Shown here piece by piece: positions 42,001 through 52,312 of a stretch of DNA of 64,000 nt; the stretch's first letter is position 1, and each line of letters opens with the position of its first letter. The notes beneath the pieces were generated by a model. That model searched no databases. It had not been told where the DNA came from and saw only the letters and a list, made by a program, of their open reading frames with translations. The position numbers and the translations under genes were made by a program. The stretch spans positions 132,432,001 through 132,496,000 of the forward strand of contig OZ024741.1 in NCBI GenBank assembly GCA_964016885.1. Reading direction: 5' to 3'. This stretch comes from Eledone cirrhosa. Taxonomy: Eukaryota.

Positions 42001-44806
42001 AGGCTATGGTCTGACGTCTTTTAACTAGATAATTTAGTTAAACAAGCCACACTGAGGCTATGGACTGACGTCTTTTTACTAGATAATTCAGTTAAACAAG
42101 CCACACTGAGGCTATGGACTGACGTCTTTTTACTAGATAATTCAGTTAAACAAGCCACACTGAGGCTATGGACTGACGTCTTTTTACTAGATAATTCAGT
42201 TAAACAAGCCACACTGAGGCTATGGACTGACGTCTTTTCACTAGATAATTCAGTTAAACAAGCCACACTGAGGCTATGGTCTGACGTCTTTTTACTAGAT
42301 AATTCAGTTAAACAAGCCACACTGAGACTATGGTCTGACGTCTTTTTACTAGATAATTCAGTTAAACAAGCCACACTGAGGCTATGGACTGACGTCTTTT
42401 TACTAGATAATTCAGTTAAACAAGCCACACTGAGGCTATGGTCTGACGTCTTTTTACTAGATAATTCAGTTAAACAAGCCACGCTGAGGCTATGGTCTGA
42501 CGTCTTTTTACTAGATAATTCATTTAAACAAGCGACACTGAGGCTATGGACTGATATCTTTTTACTAGATAATTCAGTTAAACAAGCCACACTGAGGCTA
42601 TGGTCTGACGTCTTTTTACTAGATAATTCAGTTAAACAAGCCACACTGAGGCTATGGACTGAGTTCTTTTTACTAGATAATTCAGTTAAACAAGCCAGAC
42701 TGAGGCTATGGACTGACGTCTTTTTACTAGATAATTCAGTTAAACAAGCCACACTGAGGCTATGGACTGACGTCTTTTTACTAGATAATTCAGTTAAACA
42801 AGCCACACTGAGGCTATGGTCTGACGTCTTTTTACTTGATAATTCAGTTAAACAAGCCACACTGAGGCTATGGACTGACGTCTTTTTACTAGATAATTCA
42901 GTTAAACAAGCCACACTGAGGCTATGGACTGAGTTCTTTTTACTAGATAATTCAGTTAAACAAGCCACACTGTGGCTATGGACTGACGTCTTTTTACTAG
43001 TTAATTCAGTTAAACAAGCCACACTGAGGCTATGGTCTGACGTCTTTTTACTAGATAATTCAGTTAAACAAGCCACACTGAGGCTATGGTCTGACGTCTT
43101 TTTACTAGTTAATTCAATTAAACAAGCCACACTGAGGCTATGGTCTGACATCTTTTTACTAGATAATTCAGTTAAACAAGCCACACTGAGGCTATGGTCT
43201 GACGTCTTTTTACTAGATAATTCAGTTAAACAAGCCACACTGAGGCTATGGACTGACGTCTTTTTACTAGATAATTCAGTTAAACAAGCCACACTGAGGC
43301 TATGGACTGACGTCTTTTTACTAGATAATTCAGTTAAACAAGCCACACTGAGGCTATGGTCTGACGTCTTTTTACTAGATAATTCAGTTAAACAAGCCAC
43401 ACTGAGGCTATGGACTGAGTTCTTTTTACTAGATAATTCAGTTAAACAAGCCACACTGAGGCTATGGTCTGACGTCTTTTTACTAGATAATTCATTTAAA
43501 CAAGCCACACTGAGGCTATGGACTGATATCTTTTTACTAGATAATTCAGTTAAACAAGCCACACTGAGGCTATGGTCTGACGTCTTTTTACTAGATAATT
43601 CAGTTAAACAAGCCACACTGAGGCTATGGACTGAGTTCTTTTTACTAGATAATTCAGTTAAACAAGCCAGACTGAGGCTATGGACTGACGTCTTTTTACT
43701 AGATAATTCAGTTAAACAAGCCACACTGAGGCTATGGACTGACGTCTTTTTACTAGATAATTCAGTTAAACAAGCCACACTGAGGCTATGGTCTGACGTC
43801 TTTTTACTAGATAATTCAGTTAAACAAGCCACACTGAGGCTATGGACTGACGTCTTTTTACTAGATAATTCAGTTAAACAAGCCACACTGAGGCTATGGA
43901 CTGAGTTCTTTTTACTAGATAATTCAGTTAAACAAGCCACACTGTGGCTATGGACTGACGTCTTTTTACTAGTTAATTCAGTTAAACAAGCCACACTGAG
44001 GCTATGGTCTGACGTCTTTTTACTAGATAATTCAGTTAAACAAGCCACACTGAGGCTATGGTCTGACGTCTTTTTACTAGTTAATTCAATTAAACAAGCC
44101 ACACTGAGGCTATGGTCTGACATCTTTTTACTAGATAATTCAGTTAAACAAGCCACACTGAGGCTATGGTCTGACGTCTTTTTACTAGATAATTCAGTTA
44201 AACAAGCCACACTGAGGCTATGGTCTGACGTCTTTTTACTAGATAATTCAGTTAAACAAGCCACACTGAGGCTATGGACTGACGTCTTTTTACTAGATAA
44301 TTCAGTTAAACAAGCCACACTGAGGCTATGGTCTGACGTCTTTTTACTAGATAATTCAGTTAAACAAGCCACACTGAGGCTATGGACTGAGTTCTTTTTA
44401 CTAGATAATTCAGTTAAACAAGCCACACTGAGGCTATGGACTGACGTCTTTTTACTAGATAATTCAGTTAAACAAGCCACACTGAGGCTATGGACTGACG
44501 TCTTTTTACTAGATAATTCAGTTAAACAAGCCACACTGAGGCTATGGTCTGACGTCTTTTTACTAGATAATTCAGTTAAACAAGCCACACTGAGGCTATG
44601 GACTGAGTTCTTTTTACTAGATAATTCAGTTAAACAAGCCACACTGAGGCTATGGACTGACGTCTTTTTACTAGATAATTCAGTTAAACAAGCCACACTG
44701 AGGCTATGGACTGACGTCTTTTTACTAGATAATTCAGTTAAACAAGCCACACTGAGGCTATGGTCTGACGTCTTTTTACTAGATAATTCAGTTAAACAAG
44801 CCACGC
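1..44806. repeat. 54-bp tandem satellite array, ~830 units, continues beyond the left window edge
   Basis: The unit CTAGATAATTCAGTTAAACAAGCCACACTGAGGCTATGG[A/T]CTGACGTCTTTTTA repeats head-to-tail. Phase holds from 1 to 44281 (44280 = 820 x 54). The array ends abruptly at ...GTTAAACAAGCCACGC|ACCAGCAAAG. Confidence 0.99.
16095..31735. repeat. 7830-bp (145-unit) near-identical tandem duplication inside the satellite (16095-23905 / 23925-31735)
   Basis: Rare variants recur at exactly +7830: TCATGAGAT (TGA at 16375/24205), TATGGGCTGA 19001/26831, AGACTGAGTC 20071/27901, GACGTGTTT (GTG at 22306/30136), GCACCG 23851/31681. Confidence 0.9.
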
Positions 44807-46509
44807 ACCAGCAAAGATAATAATAATGTAATGGATGTAAAATATTTCATAAAATGATACTGAATTCTATACTTTATTTTGTATATAGTTAAATATTAGG
44901 TAATTTTTTTTTCTTAATTATACGAATTGACCTTTTAGATAAGGTGCCTGGCATCGAACCAGAAGTTCGAGAACTTGTCAGGGACGAAAACTAAACATTT
45001 TAGTAATTTTGTATCTTTCATTTTGCATAAATTTCAAGACGATTTCCTTTACATGAATATTTCATTCATTCCTAAATCCATCTTCATCAATCTTAAGTGA
45101 TGGATACGTTTCTTATTTTCATTCATTAAATCTTAGCTCTCATATGACTATGATAAAATGTATTTGATAACATACTAATTGTATACTAGGTAATGTTGCG
45201 TTTGAAATCACAGGATTATCTGTTCAAATCTCATCGTAATTGAGGGTTAGTATTTCAGGAATTATACATATATCCTTGGTTTTAGAGTTAGGGACGATTT
45301 TACACGAATATATTAATGTTGTCTGAATAATTTCTAATCGATTCCTGCATTAGTTGAATATCTCAAAACCTTGAATGACGCTTTCAGTTACTAACACCTT
45401 ATAAATAACGTTAGATGATTTTTTCCCCGCTGTCCAACTTCATGTCATTATGATCCGACGTAAGGCTTCAAATCAATGCATTGGTTTAATACGATAAATG
45501 TATTTTGAAGTAAAATAGCTGAAACTTAGAATGGAAATTGAACTTGACGTCCCAGGCGAGATTTTATCTTGTTCATTGATGCTTTCTCAGCAAAAATAAA
45601 TATAACAAGGAAAAAAACACAATGCTAAGAAACAGGAAGAATATTCTTTTATTCATTTATTGGTTTTATTAGTTTCAATCTTTGGAGTTAAGCGTTTTAG
45701 TGGAATAAATCTCTCAGTACTTTGATTAGTACTTATTTTATCACTATTTCTATAAGGCATAAGTCATTTATGTGAATTTCAATCTTGATGCTAAAGTTAT
45801 CATGCGAAAAAATGATGAAATGCTACTAAAACTTCATGAAACACAACAAATCATCAAAAGTAGAAGACAGCTGAAAACACTAAATCGTATACTTACTGGA
45901 GAAAAACCTCATAAACAAATCCCCAACCCCACTGTTACAAAGAACATACTGTGGTACCTTAGATCTAACTGAAATTTAAAGATGGATAAACCTTCAGAAT
46001 AAAACAAAATTTTACTTGCAACGCTGCAAACCTAATCTATGGGGAGAGTGGGAGAGACGGAGGCAATGACAGTGGGAGTTTGGTTCCATTGTGTTCGAAC
46101 CTGATGTATATGTATATATTTATTTACAACATCGCATATACATACATATACAGTAAACATGCTGTGGGTGTCTGCCAAATGATATAGGACAGACGGGAGT
46201 GTCATTATGCAGAACAATGACCATACACTGCCAACAGTTCCGTGATGAAAGGATCAGATAAATCTCCTTCAGTAGTCATATTATAAAATGTGCGGGAATG
46301 AACTTACTCAACTTTAAAATATTTCCCCTCAACAAATGTTCAGATTCTATTGCACAACAACAGAGAATAAAGAAAAAACAATATATTCACAAATATAAAC
46401 CACTTAAACATGTAATTGATCCCCATTAGATTAAACAATAATCCATAGATGGGAACAACATAAGTACATACATCTGTAAACAAACAAACCTATGTATGTA
46501 CAACCACAT

Positions 46510-46633
46510 ATACACACACACACACGCACGTATACATACATACATACATGCACACACAAAAACACACACCCACCCAAATACACTCACACACACATACACA
46601 GACACACAAGCACACACACACACACACACACAC
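46510..46633 (+). repeat. degenerate (CA)n/(TACA)n microsatellite
   Basis: Interrupted CA/TACA runs. Confidence 0.85.
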
Positions 46634-47051
46634 CACAAAATAAAAGAAAAATCATAACTTTTCTAAAACACCGCATTACCAAAGACGATTTGACATGAAT
46701 GGAAATTGGAAATAGTCACCAATTTTTATTTTATTTTATTTATATATGTTTGTATTTTTAATAAAATGTTGTAGTTTGCTTGAAGCTTTGTATATACTAT
46801 ACATCGGAGAAAGAGATAGAAGGCTAAACAATCCAAAATGGACTGTAAGATGAGGTAACGAAAAAGTAAGTTACCTGGTAATCTTTGTTTTGTTTTTTGT
46901 TGTTGCTTTTCTTTCTTTTGTCCAATATTTAAGGAACTTTCAGAGAATAATGTTCCGGTTTTCTCTTAAATTTTGATTTATATTTTTATTTTCATTTTTT
47001 TCTTCGAAAACTTTCAATAGAACTTCCAGGAAATTCTTTTTGACACAATGG

Positions 47052-47052
<1 letters not shown>

Positions 47053-47094
<42 letters not shown>
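47053..47094 (+). repeat. (CA)n microsatellite
   Basis: Pure AC run. Confidence 0.95.
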
Positions 47095-47097
<3 letters not shown>

Positions 47098-47239
47098 ATA
47101 TACACATACAAACACACACGTATATACAAACCATAGGGCATTTGGGTCTTTGATTATAACTTTCTCTTTGGATTAATAGAAGATTCTAGTAAATCAGTTC
47201 AATTCTGACCATAAAAAATAACTGTAAATACAGCCTTTG

Positions 47240-47498
47240 AACTAATGGGGCTAGAGCACTTAGCCGGTAGCTGCGAGATATGAGGCTAGATTCCTAAACT
47301 AATGGGGTTAGAGCACTTAGCCGGTATCTGCGAGATATGAGGCTAGATTCCTTATAGCGGCCGTTTGTAACTTTTTCCGTCTATAAGGGGTATTTAGAAA
47401 ATCAGGTAAAAACCTCTTATAGACGGGGAAACGTTGCCAGCACTTGCTACTGGGAATTGTACCTCAATCTCTCAGATACCGACTGAGGTGTCATAACC
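47240..47498. repeat. tRNA-like segment: tandem direct duplication plus a diverged inverted copy
   Basis: AACTAATGGGG[C/T]TAGAGCACTTAGCCGGTA.CTGCGAGATATGAGGCTAGATTCCT occurs twice (47240, 47297). 47307-47391 is an imperfect inverted match to 47412-47498 (TTCCGTCTATAAGGGGT / ACCTCTTATAGACGGGG). Degenerate A-box/B-box-like motifs are present. Confidence 0.7.
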
Positions 47499-47824
47499 GA
47501 ATATAATCAGGAAAGAATACTACACCACCATCAATGTACGATAATCGAAAGTTATTAGGGGGTTGTTTAAGATTAGGAAACTGCAATAAATATTGACGTT
47601 CTACATAAAGATAGTTTATATTTTAAATAACTATGGATTTACCAAATTAAAATATCAAATTGGTTTGTCAAAATTAAGTTAGCATGATCATATTTAACGC
47701 AGTAAAAAGCTAATTGTTTAACGAGGGAGCCACAATGCTAGTCAATGGCTAATATTATTTTAAATGTTCCAGTAATATAAATAACAGCTCTGGATATGAT
47801 TCGATCTTATTATGAACACAAGAA

Positions 47825-48044
47825 GGGTGGTGGATTACCAGTATCGGTAGAGAGTTGGTCTCTATACTTCGTGGCATAGAGTTATGTCCCTTTATGTTTT
47901 GAGTTCAAATCACACCGGGGTTAGTTTTTGCCTTTCATCCTTACGGGATCGAGTAAATAAAATACCAGTAATGCACTGGGATCGATTTAATCGACATACT
48001 CCTTCCCCTAAATTGTTGGCCTTGTGCCTAAATCAGAAACCATT
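47825..48044 (+). mobile_element. tRNA-derived SINE copy (octopus-type)
   Basis: GGTGGTGG..CAGTATCGGTAGAG (A-box-like), GAGTTCAAATC (B-box), then TTTGCCTTTCATCCTTACGGGATCGA..AATACCAGTAATGCACTGGG..TTGGCCTTGTGCCTAAATCAGAAACCATTA. Same sequence as the copies at 48381, 52120, 62768 and 62888. Confidence 0.85.
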
Positions 48045-48380
48045 AAGAACGCATCAACGAAACAAACTTCATCATATTTTCCGAACCAGCGATAAGAAAA
48101 TCACAAAGTACATATTCAGTATTGTACACGAGTTACAATTCACATATTTTGAGGAATGAATTACTCAGAGAATTCATTCCAATTTATTTTAAATTATTTA
48201 GTGCTTATCATGATAAAGCAATATTAGTCAGTAACTACTACAATTTAATCCTTTCAGTAAGTACAGGAGACAACTTAGAACAAGTTTCTGTTGTATAGAC
48301 GTCCACAGCGAAACAAACTTCACCATACTAGCCGCTCATTTGACAGAAAATATAAGCTTACTAAAACATTTTGTATTCCC

Positions 48381-48554
48381 GGCGTAGAGTTACGCCCCTT
48401 AATATTCTGCTTTCTAATCCCGCCGAGGTTAGCGTTGCATTTCATCCTTATTAGGTCGATAAAATAGATTCCCAGTAACGCGCTGGGGTCGATTTAATCG
48501 ACTTTCCCCTGCCCGAAAATAGTTGACTTTGAACCTAAATCAGAAACCATTATT
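48381..48554 (+). mobile_element. 5'-truncated SINE copy, same family
   Basis: AATCCCGCCGAGGTTAGCGTTGCATTTCATCCTT..GGTCGATAAAATA..CTGGGGTCGATTTAATCGACTTTCCCCT..CCTAAATCAGAAACCATTATT. Confidence 0.8.
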
Positions 48555-48743
48555 TTAACGTAACAATCTCTCCAAGTCCAATGAAACTGACAAGCAGGTA
48601 GATGGAAAGAAGGGAGTGTGGGAATATGACGAAGAACATTATACTATATGAAGTAAAGACAGAAATAAGTTGAAAATAAAAATGACAGTGATGCAATATA
48701 ACATGTTTATCATAACACACAACGGTATTATTGAACGTGTCTC

Positions 48744-48809
48744 AATAATTGTTTCTACTTTTGGCACACGGCCAGCAATTATTCCAGTGTATTACTGGTA
48801 CTTTATTTT
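48744..48809 (-). mobile_element. SINE 3' tail only (~60 bp), flanked by a ~19-bp target-site duplication
   Basis: Reverse complement matches the SINE tail AAAATAAAGTACCAGTAAT.CACTGG.TAATTGCTGGCC.TGTGCCAAAAGTAGAAACAATTATT. TTGAACGTGTCTCAATAAT occurs at 48731-48749 and 48808-48826. Confidence 0.8.
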
Positions 48810-49324
48810 GAACGTGTCTCAATAATATCATCAAAGCATGATCTTCATACGTGAAATGATGTTGTTAATATGACATTATACAATGACAAAATAGATTGCC
48901 CTTGAATAAATCTAAAATATATTTTTGTTGTTGAGTACATCCAGATGTTTCAACTCAAGAAATATTGGTTTGGTTGTTTTCGTTTCTTTTGCAAGGAAGA
49001 GAACTCGCAGGAGGTCTATTTTCTCCCTAATAATTAAAACATATCATATTCCTTTTTCATTTAATATTTATTCAAATTCGGTTACGTTTCAGCTGTAATG
49101 TTTATTTTTCTAATATTTGTTGTGCTATATCAGTGTCAAAGTTCCCACCAGATATAATCACAAGTCTGATATAGTTAGCTGTTTCAAACAAAAATAAAGA
49201 CAACGTTCTTTTAGAAACATCTAAAGATGTGTACTTTTTCTTCAACATCACCGAGGAAGAGAATATTTATTAAAAGCCATTTAAAGCCATCTCATTCTCT
49301 CATTTGTATCCATAATATTTGTTT

Positions 49325-49413
49325 CGGCTCTCTGAGGTCAACTTTACCTTTCATCCTTTTGAGATGGATGTATAGATGGATATAAAAATGCCAGTACAGT
49401 ACCGAGGTCGATT
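49325..49413 (+). mobile_element. degenerate SINE core fragment
   Basis: CTGAGGTCAACTTTACCTTTCATCCTTTTGAG...AAAATGCCAGTACAGTACCGAGGTCGATT resembles the core of the family above. Confidence 0.6.
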
Positions 49414-49842
49414 CTTACTTCCTCTTTAATACTCGCTCTCTCCTTCTCTGGAAGAAATCGACTATGATCAGATCTGGTGAGGGCTGAGCTCCGCCAGGCT
49501 TAAAATGCCCAACACACATTGTATGTCACTACGGCGCCACTCTTTGGTTACGTAGTTAGTAATTTCAATAAATGTGGTTTCCCAACAAATAACAAACACT
49601 CAGTAACTTTTAAAATATGTAGGTTTTTTTCTGACATTAAGCATGTAACATTTTATTGTTCTTATCTGCATTCCAGTGATGGCATTTCCTTTATAGTTAT
49701 AAAACAAAATTCTGTCTTTATATAAAAAAAATAAAAAAACAATGATAAAAAGGAATGAGATGTACATCTAAATATACAAAGGTGTAAAGAAGATACGTAG
49801 CCGATCTCTATGACTCTAAGCGCTGAGAGTATGATGTTAATA

Positions 49843-50080
49843 TAAAGAATGATATGCGCATGCACGGAGATGCTATAAAATATAGCTTATAAAATAGAGC
49901 GAAGACCTTTAAAACCGAGAAAAGATATTGCCATGGGCCGCTATGAAGAATTGAACCCCGGGAGATAGGTTCAATTATTCCTAGCAGCCGACGGCAACTT
50001 GGTTTTCCGTCTTTTAAGGGTCTTCACCTAAATTTATAAGCTATTTTATAGCATCTCCGCGCATGAACACATTATTCTTT
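49843..50080. repeat. ~240-bp imperfect palindrome (fold-back) with B-box-like motifs near its centre
   Basis: CATGCACGGAGATGCTATAAAATATAGCTTATAAAAT..GAAGACCTTTAAAA pairs with TTTTAAGGGTCTTC..ATTTATAAGCTATTTTATAGCATCTCCGCGCATG. Centre is AATTGAACC-CCGGGAGATA-GGTTCAATT. Confidence 0.85.
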
Positions 50081-50825
50081 ACACAGGGGTGCATTCAGAT
50101 CAGAAACTATATACAACAGAAATCAGTACAATAATACATTTTAACGTACTGTTAAAGGTAAATGAAAAAAAGTATCTATACCAAACTCATGGGAAATCCA
50201 CAGAAATTCCACACAGACATATAGATTCCATGGAGTGGGGTGGCTGTTCCAGCACGTCTCCCTCGCCGTCTTCTGCGGCAATGTCTTCTCCATCCTGTTG
50301 GTCGGGACCACGAGGCAGATTGTCCCTTAAGTTTCATTTATCGCGGTGGCATGTGGAATAGATTTACTTCCAGAAAAAAAAATGGATGTAAAAATAACGA
50401 TGGAGGAAAAGGGGAAGATGAAAAGAAAAAAAAACTCTTGAGGGAGGAGGTAGGAAAAGGGGAAGGGGGTGTTGTGAGGAAAGAGAAACAAGAAAGAAGA
50501 AAGATAACTAGAAAGTAACAATAGAAAGATATAGAGAGGGGAAGGCAAGTTCGTTTGGAATATAAGGCAGAACAGTAAACCTTTTTAAAGGCACAAGGAT
50601 ATGTTATAAACTGGCTCAGTAACAATTCTGAAAGCTGACCTCATCAAAACTAGACAAAAATGCACGGCTAATTAAGAAACTGCAGCCACAATTCATTAAG
50701 AAATATGTACGAAAAATTTGAGAATTCTAGCAGGTAATAAGTGCATATATATATACACAAGCCAAAATATACAGATACGGACATATAAAGATATCGTGTT
50801 TACATGCATACATGTGTGTGTTTAA

Positions 50826-50904
50826 ACATACATACATACATACATACATACATACATACATACATACATACATACATACATACATACATACATACATACA
50901 TACA
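50826..50904 (+). repeat. (TACA)n microsatellite abutting a LINE 5' junction
   Basis: Pure CATA run ending immediately before the LINE-derived sequence. Confidence 0.95.
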
Positions 50905-52040
50905 GTGTTACTGGGAACTTTAACATCAATGGTGATGTGGATAGGCTATACTTTTCACGCAAGGAAGGTGGCCGGGGTCTAAAATCAATATTAACAACAT
51001 ATGAGACCCGGATAGTAACACTGAAGCAACACCTTCAACAGAGGAAAAAGGTTGGCAACCATCTTGCCCAGGTTTATGAACATGACAAAAAAAATATCAT
51101 TAGAATAGCGACTGATCTGGAGGAGAGATATGGAATAAAGCCTGATATAAATCTCTCACCCAGAGAAATCGGAAGATCCTATTCAATGTTCAAACAAGAT
51201 AAAAAAATTGACCAATTTACAGAAAAAGTTGTGCATGGATACTTGAGACGTAAAACACAGACCATAGAGGGGATAAACCACTCAAAAAGCCTGGCATGGA
51301 GTTCCGACAAGTTTATGACATCACACCTTGAGGGATATCTCTATGCAATACAGGAACAAGAACTCCCTACCAAATATCTGCTGCACAAAAGAGGAGCTCC
51401 AGCAGCTGACAATAAACGTAGGCTATGTAAAACAAAGATCGAGGATGTAAGCCACATTGTTGCCAGCTGCGAAAGAATGTCATCTCGCTACTACCTCCCC
51501 ATTAGACACGATGGGATAGCTAGAACCATCTGGAATGCACTTCGGAAAACAAAATTAACAACAAACGAGGAAGAATATATTGAGACAGATGGCACTAAGG
51601 AATACTGGTGGAACCTGAAAATAAAAACTGCCACCAAACGGCCTGATATTGTTGTTTGGGACCACACATTGAAAACGTGTTCTGTTGTGGAGATCAGCTG
51701 CCCACTTGATGTAAACGTTGTCAGAAAAATACAGGAGAAGGAGGACATCTACGGACCATTGATGAGGAGTTTACAAATGCAGTATCCAAGATACACCTTT
51801 AGCTTCATACCCATCATTATTGGAGCTACGGGTTGGACCAAAGTGTGACTGAACTTGGATTTGCGGACAAAAAGCGCAGCTCCCTAATTCATAGTCTACA
51901 AATGGCTGCGATAGCTGGCACCTTCAAAATTTACAAAACATTCTTGCGATTCAAGGAATGATAATTTCTTTTCTTTTACAACCTTGCCACCAGGAAGGTG
52001 GCCGGTCAAAAAAAATATACTCGAAATTAAGAGAAAGAGA
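50905..52040 (+). mobile_element. 5'-truncated non-LTR retrotransposon, restriction-like endonuclease (RLE) type, R4/Dong-like: RT thumb, CCHC knuckle, RLE and 3'UTR
   Basis: ORF 50937-51848 has DRLYFSRKEGGRGL, EGYLYAIQEQ, a degenerate CCHC (RRLC..EDVSHIVASC), RHD, RPDIVVWD..VVEISCP..KEDIY and PIIIGATG. A residual C-terminus KTFLRFKE* ends ~51961. Flanked by TACA repeats on both sides. The clade call rests on motif similarity. Confidence 0.88.
50937..51848 (+). pseudogene. C-terminal fragment of retrotransposon RT/RLE ORF (zinc knuckle plus PD-(D/E)xK endonuclease)
   Basis: 303-aa ORF with the motifs above. It lacks the RT core, the first Zn-knuckle Cys is replaced by Arg, and it is disrupted before the natural C-terminus. 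Confidence 0.85.
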
Positions 52041-52119
52041 TAATACATACATACTTACATATATACATGATGGCTGTCCCATCGTTATCGAGTATGGCCA
52101 TTGCATGATATAACATTAT

Positions 52120-52312
52120 GGGTGGTGAATTGGCAGTATCGGTAGAGGGTCGGACGCCATACTTTGACGCATAGAGTTACGGCCCTTGCCATTCTGAGTT
52201 CAAATCCCGCCGAGGTTAACTTTGCCTTTCATCCTTACGAGGTCGATAAAATAAAGTACCAGTAATGCACTGGGTAATTGCTGGCCTTGTGCCAAAAGTA
52301 GAAACAATTATT
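52120..52312 (+). mobile_element. near full-length tRNA-derived SINE (octopus-type)
   Basis: GGTGGTGAATTGGCAGTATCGGTAGAG (A-box) .. CTGAGTTCAAATCCCGCCGAGG (B-box) TTAACTTTGCCTTTCATCCTTACGAGGTCGATAAAATAAAGTACCAGT .. GAAACAATTATT tail. Confidence 0.88.

Noticed and set aside
1-44806. CRISPR array
   Set aside because: There are no unique spacers (the units are contiguous), no cas genes, and the context is eukaryotic.
1-44806. Hammerhead-ribozyme satellite
   Set aside because: The consensus has CTGAGGC, CTGACGT and CTGAATT but no CTGANGA plus GAAA core on either strand.
44943-45235. tRNA genes suggested by B-box-like GGTTCGATGCC (minus, ~44950) and GTTCAAATC (~45223)
   Set aside because: No cloverleaf can be built. 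At most these are decayed SINE heads.
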